From: Eledone cirrhosa
Taxonomy: Eukaryota
Assembly (NCBI GenBank): GCA_964016885.1
Contig: OZ024740.1
Span: 182,404,001 to 182,468,000 of the forward strand
DNA: 64,000 nucleotides
Reading direction: 5' to 3'
Below the pieces are notes generated by a model. It was given only the letters and a program-made list of their open reading frames with translations. It ran no database searches and was not told the DNA's origin. Shown here piece after piece: positions 1-10,055 of the stretch (its first letter is position 1; each line of letters starts with the position of its first letter). The position numbers were made by a program, and so were the translations under genes.

Positions 1-734
1 ATGGGACAACTCATTTAAACCATACTAGCATGGAAAAATGGATGTCAAACAGTGATAATTATGATGATGATGGATGCAAAGCTGGTTCAGACACTGACTC
101 ATTAACAATTCCACCAACCCACCACCACTGGACTTGTAATTTTTTCATTGACCCCAACAGGTTGAAAGTTGACCTAAGATACTAGATTCTTCTAAAAAGA
201 AATAATTGTTATTCTCGATTCAACCTCCACCACGGCCACGAACACAACAACAACTACTACTACTACAGCTCCCATCATGACCACTATCAGCACATCCCCC
301 AAGTCAACCACCACAACAACAACAACCAACATCACAAGCCTCAACTGCACCAACACAACCACCACTACCACCACATTGGTTTCAGAGATATTCCTCATAT
401 CTATAACTTACATTATATCACTAAATATATTTCCATATTACCATCTATGTTATTTTATCTATAAGAGACTGAACTAGCTTCCATACTTTTTTCTTTCCTC
501 TTTAAAGTAAAGCAGACTTAGTTTTCCATTATTCCTACATTTACATTGGCTCCTGAGCCCATTAGCTCTGAAAATCTCGATATGACATGGAAAATGGACT
601 AAATAAAAATAATGCACACTCACACACACACACACACACATATATATATACAGCAAGGCACAATAAAAAAATATTATGGAAGAGCAATAATCTCAGTAAG
701 ATATGGATGAATTATATATGTATATATATATGTA

Positions 735-3700
735 TCATCATCATCATCACCGTTTTACGTCCGTTCTTCCACGCTAGCATGGGTTAGACGGGTTGTCCTG
801 TTGTGGACAGTGTCTGGTCGGCTGACCATGCCTTGCTCATACAGGAACTGATCTGGCTTGATTTCTACGGCTGGATGCCCTTCCTAACACCAACCTCATT
901 TACAGTGAGTGCTGGGTGCTTTTTCGTGGCGCCTACACGTCCACTTTACAGTGTGGACTGGGTGCTTTTTTGCCGTGGCACCTCCACGACCACCTTGCGG
1001 TGGGGAGTGTGGGGAGATATTGTCTATATGCTTCAGCTTGTACCCATGGGAGGTCGGGTACTCTGTATTACTGCGTGACGCCAGAAGTCACGGTCGTGTG
1101 TCATTGTCTTTGAGAGGTGTAATTGGGTAAGGTCGGCTTTTATCACCTCATCCCAGGTCATCTTGGGTCTCCCCACTCCACGGTTTCCATCAACTTCTAG
1201 TGCTCTGCACCTTTTTATGCAGCTGTCATCCTTCATACGCATCACATGTCCATACCAGCGCAACCGCCTCTCCTGCACACAGCATTTGATTCCTCTTATG
1301 CTCAGTCTCTCTCTCAATTCATTTATGCATTGTCGTTCATGTATATTACTGTTACACATCCATCGGAGCATGCAGGCTTCGTTTCTCTCTAATCTACGTA
1401 AGTCTTCCACCTTCAGCGCCCAGGTCTCACTACCATGCAACATCGCTGTTCGGATACACGCATCATACAGTCTGCCTTTCATTCTGAGGGAGAAGCCTTT
1501 TGCAGCTAGCAGTGGTAGTAGTTCCCTAAACTTCTTCCATCCCGTTCTTACCATAGTTATTGTACTTTCTGAACACCCACCTCCATTGCTAATTCGGTCA
1601 CCTAGGTAGCAGAAGCTGTCTACTGTTTCTGCAGGGCCCTCCCAGAGATTGGTGGTACTTGTTTCCTGTGGCTGTTGGCTGCTTGCTGTCCCAGCACAGC
1701 TGCTGCATGTGAATCCTACATTCTAAATTAAGCTTCCTGAGATCCCGTTACATCTCTTGTGTACCCATTGTTTGCATTTGGGGCAGAGAATGGAGTTCCT
1801 ACCTACACCTTTCCTACATACTGAGCAAGGCCATTTCCCTGAGGGGATCTGGGTTCTGTTTTCTCGTCTACTTACAAGGACCTTAGTCTTTGTCATGTTG
1901 ACTTTGAGACCCTTTCTTTCTAGTCCCTGCTTCCAAGTTTGGAATTTATTCTCTAGTTCTACCATAGATTCAGCTATGAGTGCAAGGTCATCAGCATACA
2001 GGAGTTCCCATGGGCATCCGGTCTTAAACTCCTCCGTTATTGCCTGCAGGACTATGATGAACAGGAGAGGGCTAAGAACAGAGCCCTGGTGGACCCCAAC
2101 CTGTACGTTAAATTACTCGCTATACTCATTGCTAATCCTAACTTTGCTGACTGCTCCCCTATACATGGCTTATACCGCTTTCACAAGCCATTCATCTACT
2201 CCTAATTTTCTAAGAGCCCACCAGATTACAGCACGTGGAACTCTGTCAAAGGCTTTCTCAAGGTCGACAAATGCCAAGTAGAGTGGCTTACTTTTAGCTA
2301 GGTACTTTTCCTGTAATTGCCTCACAAGGAAGAGGGCATCGGTGGTGCCTCTTCCTGGTACAAACCCAAATTGCATCTCGTCTATTTTCACCCGGTCCCT
2401 AATCAGCTGTGCTATAACTCTTTCTGTTACTTTCATGACCTGGTCCATCAACTTTATACCTCTATAGTTTCCTCTATCTAGTGCATTGTCTTTACCTTTG
2501 TAGCAGTTGACAATGATGCTACTGCACCAATCTTTTGGTATGGCACCTTCTAGTATTACCTGGTTAACGATACGTGTGGTTATAGTGTGACCTACAGACC
2601 CAGATGCCTTCAGCATCTCGGCAGCTATACCCGATGGACCGGTTGCCTTCCCCATCTTCATATCTTTGATTGCCTTACTTACTACGCTGCTGCTGACTTG
2701 TACTGCTGGTCCCTCTATAGGGTCTACTTGGGGTAGGGTCTCTTCTTCCCATGCATTCTCCTCATTTAGTAATCTATCATAATGACTCTTCCATGCATCT
2801 TTCTTCTCAGCACTTGTGAGGGCAAGCTCACCTTTATCGTTCCGGATACACTTCTCTCCAATGACATCACAACTATCTCTGACACACTGCCTCGCAATCT
2901 TAAATACCTCCTGTTTCTGGTCCTCACGTTGTAAAACATGCTTGAATTTTCTATCCTCTGCTTCCCTCCTAGCTAAGTATACTTGTCGCCTAGCTTCCCT
3001 CTTGGTCTCTATGTAATGTACCCTGCTCCCCCCGTTCTTCCATTCTTTCCATGCCTGTCTCTTGGCCTTAACTGATTCATCTACCTTATTGTTCCACCAC
3101 CAAATCACTCTCCTCCTGCTTGAGGTCTTACTCCAGCCACAGACCTCATCCGTCGCCTCTAGTAAATTATTTTTTAGGAACTCCCAGTTCTCTTCTACAT
3201 TAAATGTCTCTATCTGTTCTTCTTTACTGTCGTAGGCGTTGAGTAAAATATCTTTAAATCTGTTACTGGTTGAGGGGACTTTCAGCTTCCAGATCTTTCT
3301 TCTCCAGGTTGGCCTCTGTTTCCGGGTTCGTCTAGTTCTGACCGTGAGGTCGCTGACAACTAAGCTATGTTGGGATGTACATTCCTCACTAGGGAAGGCT
3401 TTTGTGTTTACGACCGTCCATCTTTCACGTCCTCTGATGAGGATAAAATCTAACTGACTAGGTGATCAGGTGGTTGTCGGGTTTTTTAAAGTTTGTGTTA
3501 CATATCAACATGTCATTGGTGTCGCAGAATTCTAGAAGTCTGAATCCTTCCTCATTCCTTGTGCCAACCCCATGGCCTCCATGTTCTCTATTGAAGCCGT
3601 CGCAGTGTTTACCTACGTGTCCGTTAAAATCTCCTGCGATGATTAGGAAGTCATTGTCATCTGTTAGAGCAGTAGTGTGCATTAGGGACTCGTAAAACCT

Positions 3701-3761
3701 ATCCTTAAGTTCGTCTGGCAGCCCCGATTGGGGTGCGTTAGCTGATATTATTGTGGTAATT

Positions 3762-3765
<4 letters not shown>
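735..3765 (-). mobile_element. RTE-clade LINE, family A, copy 1; 5'-truncated in the APE domain, (ATG)n 3' tail
   Basis: Minus-strand ORF pieces give APE motifs (IIAGDFNGHVG, NTNFKK) and RT motifs (QFGFVPGRGTTDA, AFVDLEKAFDRV, GVHQGSVLSP, LLYADDL), plus an RTE C-terminus (HGSETW, RLRWYGHVMR). (CAT)n lies at 735-750 on +, and the 5' end abuts (TA)n at 3766. Confidence 0.95.
1033..3765 (-). pseudogene. Disrupted APE-RT ORF of RTE-A copy 1
   Basis: In-frame TAA at 2170-2172 and 2113-2115, TAG at 1723-1725, and a 20-bp deletion near 3459 relative to copy 2. Confidence 0.92.
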
Positions 3766-3804
<39 letters not shown>

Positions 3805-3807
<3 letters not shown>

Positions 3808-3989
3808 GTTTCTACTTTTGGCACAAGGCCAGCAATAACCCAGTGTATTACTGGTACTTTATTTTATCGACCCCATAAGGATGAAAGGCAAAGTTAACAT
3901 CGAAGGGATTTGAACTCAATGTATATATATATATAATAACATATCATATATATACATATATACATCATAATCATATATATATATATATT

Positions 3990-4037
<48 letters not shown>

Positions 4038-5575
4038 CACACACATATATATATATATATGTATATATATGTATATATATGTATATATATGTATATATAT
4101 ACATATATAGACATATATATATATATATAATATATATATATGTATATATATAAAAAAAGCAACAAAAATCTATCCATATGAATAAAAACTTTAATATGAC
4201 TAATAATAAAAATAATAATTGTTTCTATTTTAGGCACAAGGCCAGCAATTACTCAGTGCATTACTGGTACTTTATTTTATTGACCCCGTAAGGATGAAAG
4301 GCAAAGTCAACCTCGGCATAATAATAAAAACAATAATGATAAGAATATGAAAGGAAGAAGAAAACTAGCAGGAGGAGGAGAATCAAGATGGATGATAAGA
4401 AAACATAAAGAATGGAAATGTATAAGGAAGTGAGAATGGAAATAAGAAACATCACCTGAAATAAGTATAATACTGATAAATAAAATGGCTAAACAACAAT
4501 AACTACTATTAATATTAATGATAATAATGCTGATGTTGATGATGATGATAGTGGTGGTGGTGGTGGGAATGAGGATGATGATAGCGGTGGTGGTGGAGGA
4601 GATGAGGATGATGATTGCGGTGGTGGTGGTGGTGGTGGTGGGGATGAGGATAATTATAATTGTTTCTACTTTTGGCACAAGGTCAGCAATTCCCCAGTGT
4701 ATTACTGGTACTTTATTCTATCGACCCCGTAAGGATGAAAGGCAAAGTTAACCTCGGCGGGATTTGAACTCAGATCATACAGGGAGGTAACTCTATGCTT
4801 CAAAGCATGGCATCCGACCCTCTACCGGAGGATAATTATAATGATAATAGCTAAACCACAATAACTACTATTAACATTAATGATAATAATGATGATGGCG
4901 GTGGTGGTGGTGATGGTGGCGGCGGGGGATGAGGATGATGATAATGATGATAAAGATAATAATTGTTTCTACTTTGAGCACAAGGCCAGCAATTACCCCA
5001 GTGTATTACTGGTACTTTAATTTATCCACCCCGTAAGGATGAAAGGCAAGTTAACCTTGGCGGGATTTGGACTGAGATCATAAAGGGCCGTAACTCTACG
5101 CTGCAAAGCATGGTGTCCGGCCCTCTACTGATACTGCCAATCCACCGATAAAGATAATATTGATTTCTAGTATAGGTAGAAGGCCAGTAATTTTGGAGAG
5201 GGGAAATTAAATCGACCCCAGTACGTTACTGGTGCCTTATTTTATCAACGCCAGAAGGATGACAAGCAAAGTTAACCTCGGCAGGATTTGAACACAGATC
5301 TTAAAGGGCCGTAACTCTATGCTGCAAAGCATCATGTCCCGCCCGCTACCAATACTGCCAATCCACCGATAAAGATAATAATTGTTTCTACTTTTGGCAC
5401 AAGGCCAGCAATTATCCCAGTGCATTACTGGTACTTTATCTTATCGACCCCATAAGGATGAAAGGTAAAGTTAACCTCAACGGGATTTGAACTCAGTCCG
5501 CAAAGGGACGTAACTCGATGCTGGAAAGCATGGCGTCCGACTCTCTACCAATACTACCAATCCGCCATCCTTAGA
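3805..5575 (-). mobile_element. Cluster of six tRNA-derived SINE copies (Meta-domain-like body), partly head-to-tail
   Basis: Repeated unit tttctact..ggcacaaggccagcaat..ctggtactttattttatcgacccc..aaggatgaaaggcaaagttaacctcggcgggatttgaactcag starts near 3805, 4218, 4660, 4962, 5163 and 5381. The minus strand reads GAGTTCAAATCCC (B-box-like) followed by GCCTTTCATCCTT..GGGGTCGATAAAAT..AGTACCAG. The domain name is from recall only. Confidence 0.8.
3926..4151. repeat. (TA)n/(CA)n compound microsatellite
   Basis: Directly visible. Confidence 0.95.
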
Positions 5576-5599
5576 TAAAGATAATAATTATGGCAAAGT

Positions 5600-6095
5600 A
5601 GTTGTCAATAATGATGATGTTGATGATGATAATGGCAGTGTTGGTGATGGTGGCGTTGGTGGTGTTGGTGTCGTTGGGGATAAGGCTGATGATAATGATG
5701 ACGGCCAATGAGAATAAGAATGTTCATGATGATGATAATGATAAAGGTGGTGGTGGTGGTATTGTTGGCAATGATGACAATGGTGGTGGTGGTATTGATG
5801 ATGATGATGATAACAACGATGGCAAAGAGGATGATGAAAATGTAGTGGTGGTGTTGATAATGATGACGGCCATGAGAATAAGGATGTTCATGATGATGAT
5901 CATGATGATAATGATAATGGTGGTGGTGGTGGCAATGATGAAGATGGTGTTAGTGATAATGATGATGATAATGATGATGATGATGACAACGACGATGATG
6001 AGAAGAAGGCGGAGGAAGAGGGTTGGATGAAGTGGACGACATCGATGAAAAGGAGGAGAATGGTGACGAACAACAACAATAACTACAACAACAAC
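5600..6095. repeat. (GAT)n/(GGT)n low-complexity trinucleotide tract
   Basis: Directly visible; it is the source of the spurious Met/Asp/Val-rich ORFs. Confidence 0.9.
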
Positions 6096-6599
6096 ATTAG
6101 ATTGATGAGCTATTTCAAATAAAAGCCAAATATCTCTGCTTAAAAAAGGAAATCAATAATTTAATGTGCAGTTGTCTTATTGTGTGTTTACAATCTCTAT
6201 TTAGTGAGAGGAGAATCAAGTTGTTGGTTGATTGAAGCTTAGTGAACTGATGCTTAGTGCTAGCTATAATGATATACACCAATAATGAGAGAATGGCAAA
6301 ATATGGCTGGTGGGAGGGAGAGAGAGTGGGCAAGAGAGTGAGATACGGCTGGCAGAGAGAGATAGAGAAAGAGTGGGTAAGAGCGAGACAGACAGGGAGG
6401 GTGATATGGCTGGCAGAGAGAGAGAAAGAGACAGAGAGGCACAAATAGAGAGAGAGAGAGAGAGAAGTGGGGGGAGAGAAAACCTATAGAAATATAATAT
6501 GACAATTAAATAATTACCGGGAAAATGTTCTTCCAAAACTTAACAATAAATGCAGCTGATGCATCATTTAACATCCACTTGTCTTCATCAATGCAGAGC

Positions 6600-6740
6600 A
6601 AACATGCATACATATGCATGTATACACATATTTGCACATGCACACACAAACATATGCATGTATATATAATCATATGCATGTATATATAATCATATTCATG
6701 CATATATAAACATATGCATGCATATATAACCATATGCATG
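6600..6740. repeat. ~20-bp minisatellite (catatgcatgtatatataat-like)
   Basis: catatgcatg recurs at 6611, 6651, 6671, 6711 and 6731. Confidence 0.75.
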
Positions 6741-7539
6741 TGATATAGGTGTAGACATACTCACACAAACACATAAACATACACATGCATAGATACATAT
6801 GAGTGCATACACATATGTACAAACAAACATATGCATATTATACAGGTGTATACATAGTCACACAGACGCACACATGAATATATGCAAGCACATATATATA
6901 CATACACACACAAACACACATACATATTCATATATGTATGCACAGACATATTCACACACACATACATCTGATAGTAATACTTCCTCTCTAAGTATACAAT
7001 TATATGAGTGTTTACTGATGTCAGTGTAACCTAATCATTAAAGGTGATAGGATTGAGAGATGAAGGAGGAAGCTTTAAATTTTTTACAGTATTTTATAAT
7101 TCTTGCTATTGTTGTTGTAACTCTTTTTCCTGTTCTTGTTGATGTCGTTTTTGTTGTATTGTTTACCATGTTTGTCACCTGTAAATGGAGCAGTGAAGAA
7201 ATAAACCATTATAACTTCATATATAAAACCAAGATCTCATTTCTTCTCATAGTAGAAACGAAGGAAATTATTCCTTTCATGGCAAATCTTCTGCTACAAA
7301 GAACTCTCAGTAGGTATTCCATTTTTGTTATTTTTTCCTCCAAAATGAGATAATGGAAGAGAAAATGAGAAAAAAGGGATCATTTTATTTATTAATTAAT
7401 AATTAGCAACCTGGGATGTAGCTATAGAATTTGAATATTCTGTTGAATTGATTGTTTATAATGGAAGCTAAAGCACGAAAGGGAAATATTCTTTGAAAAC
7501 AAATGTCATATGAGCGCATATATATATATATATATATAT

Positions 7540-7642
7540 ATGATGAAGGACCGTGACAAGTGGAGAGATGCTGTGCTGAATCAGACCCGTCCCACCCTAG
7601 CAAGCAGGGAAGAGCGGACGTAAAATGATGATGATGATGATG
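7540..7642 (+). mobile_element. RTE family B extreme 3' fragment with (ATG)n tail, inside (TA)n
   Basis: gaccgtgacaagtggagagatgctgtgctgaatcagacccgtcccaccctagcaagcagggaagagcggacgtaaaatgatg matches the reverse complement of 18545-18640. Confidence 0.88.
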
Positions 7643-8442
7643 ATATATATATATAAAATAAAAAATGACAGACACAAATATACAAAAACAGTTAGTGTTA
7701 TTAGGTTCATGCTTTGAACAAAACAGAAGAAGGAAGTTCAATTTATCAAAAATTAGTTCTTCATCAGGAGAGTATTTATGTGAGAGTTGAGAAAAGGAAC
7801 AAATGCGAGATAGAAGAGGGAGATAAAAGAGGAGAGAAGGTTGCAGAAGGATGTTGTGGTGAACAGTTAAAAACGTCCTGAAATCTGAAGATTGGGTTAT
7901 TTGCTGGTGATCCATTGTTGGTCAAAATGTTAGAAAGTTGCAGTTCATGTGTCAAGGACATGACAACATTCCTACTATTGGTGGTACACAGGATAAAAAC
8001 TACCAGTATATGCTGTAAAGTGGTTGATGATAGGAAGGGCATCTAGCCATAGAAAACTTTCCAAACAAAATATGACAACCTCTCTAGTGCTGGTACCATG
8101 ATAAAATGCACTCAGTAGAATGTGGGGCCCAATATATAAGTGGGGTGCAGAACCCCGGCCAGTCTGGAAATTAGTAGCTCTGCTTCAGTACTGACTCAGT
8201 CTGTGAAGGCATGTCCAGCCATTGCTAGCTGGGAAAGTGGACATTAATGATGATGATGATGACAATGTTATATTGGGGAAATGAGAATTTTTTTGTTATG
8301 TTCCAGGATTATATGTCATCATCTGCATTTTCGAAGATTCTAGAGTGATGCTTCTCATAATTGGTTCCATGAAATAGCCGTAAGATTTCAGGCATAAGGT
8401 GTTTTAATAAAATCTAATATAAATGTATTTTATATATGTATA

Positions 8443-8770
8443 CGAGGTGGTATCAAAAGGTTTCCTGACTAGTTCTGTAGCACACCCACAGACAGCAACA
8501 CATGGTTGCATGCACAATGAGAGCTAGCAGCGGCCTTCATGTGCCACTGTGTTGAGTGATATCATTATGTTCACTTTGCAAATTGAGAAATTTGTTTTTT
8601 TGTGATCACATGTATGCTGTAGCCTGCAATTATGTCCTGAACTGAAAGTTGGAACAAAGAGCCAACCTGAAATTTTGTGTTGAATTTGGGAAGTCTGCTA
8701 CAGAGACATTGAGTATGCTTCAGCAATGGGTTGTATGCAATGTTTTAAATGACACGAGTGCTTCAAAACA
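8443..8770 (+). mobile_element. Tc1/mariner (mariner-type) 5' relic with N-terminal transposase fragment
   Basis: TA followed by a CGAGGTGGTATCAAAAGGTTTCCTGACT terminus. From 8646 the frame reads KLEQRANLKFCVEFGKSATETLSMLQQ, a typical mariner HTH N-terminus. Confidence 0.8.
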
Positions 8771-9899
8771 TGGTCCTATTATGAGCACGTTATGCCACAG
8801 CCAACTAGCCAGACCTACCTCATAATGATACCACTTAACTCCCAAAATACGGTTCAACTACGAGAAAGTTATACCACAGCCAGCTGACCAGACCCTCCTC
8901 ATAATGAGACCACTCAGTTCTACACTGCAAACATGGTTCATGATAGAAAGGGCATCCAGCAGAAAAAAAATCTCAGCCATAATACATTTCCTTTCACTAG
9001 CCACAGAGGCTATGATGAAGGTAAAGAGCATTAATCTTCCTTCCCTAAACCATGAAAAAAAGGAGCAGTTAATGTATTCCTTCTTGTCTTTTCTCCTTAT
9101 AAAGCAATAAATCTACAATGCATTTTATTGTACAGCTAATAAACCAACATTGCTGCATTCACAAGAATGCTAAGATATAACACATGAAAATAATATTCCT
9201 AAACCTTTACCCAACTTGTATTTCTGCTAGTTTTAGGGCTTATTATACATGATACACATGGCTACATAATTAAGAAAATTGCTTCACAATCTTAGGAGGT
9301 CTTAGGTCACACTGTGTAATATCATAGTCAAGTGTATTTTACTAAAGCCTTGGATCATCTCAACCTTTATGAGGGAAATTGTTTTGGCACAAGTGTTTAC
9401 TGTTTGAAAGCTTGTTAGTTGAAGTTTATTTGTAATTTAAAGGGGAAACCTTGCTATACACTATATCACTCTGAATCTCCACAATAATTTATTTATAGGT
9501 ACATGTGTCTGCACAATACTCAGTCACTTGCCTATTTATTTAACATGCAGTCCATTCTGTTGATTAAACACTAGGAATACTCATTGCTGAAACTGAAGAA
9601 TGTCAATGTATACACAGCTCAATGGATATCTATGATAGAGTTTGTGCATAACAGAAAGATTCTACAAAACATAGGGATTAAACACAACATGGTACTTATA
9701 CACAACATAATGGTTACACAATGACAGCCATGAAAATTTCTGCAATTTTAAAAATCTTTTCAGTCAGCAAAGAAAGGACTGTACCCATAAATGGAATTTG
9801 AACTCAAAGGTAGAGAGCCAGAACAAATACAACAATACATTTTATCCTATGCTCTAACAACTCTGGCAATTCCTCACCTAAGTATATCTAAAGATCTAA

Positions 9900-10055
9900 A
9901 GTCTGTCTTAAGCCAGAAGGCTCGTTAGGCCAGTTCTTATCCCGGTTTCATGCATAAAGCGACTGAAGGTACAACACTCCCCTCTGGATAGGACACCAGT
10001 CCATCACAGGGTTAAACCGTCACCTACTACTGGTACTCTTTTTCATCTGAGTATA
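9900..10055 (-). mobile_element. Degenerate SINE 3' half with V-domain-like motif
   Basis: Minus strand reads TTAACCCTGTGATGGACTGGTGTCCTATCCAGAGGGGAGT; a related motif occurs at 17067-17105 (+). Confidence 0.55.

Noticed and set aside
192-477. Val-rich and Thr-rich ORFs (also 4307-4751, 5602-6030, 47146-47349)
   Set aside because: Translations of (CAC/CAA/GAT)n low-complexity tracts, with no domain signal or splice context.
2113-2172. Idea that A-to-I editing or codon reassignment rescues the shared TAA stops
   Set aside because: Editing UAA can give only UAG, UGA or Trp, not the ancestral Gln or Glu, and each copy has additional private lesions.
1163-2281. Long plus-strand ORFs (148-210 aa) over RTE-A, repeated at 61289-62407, and similar antisense ORFs over RTE-B and RTE-C
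   Set aside because: Antisense shadows of RT coding sequence; they recur only because the elements are repeats.
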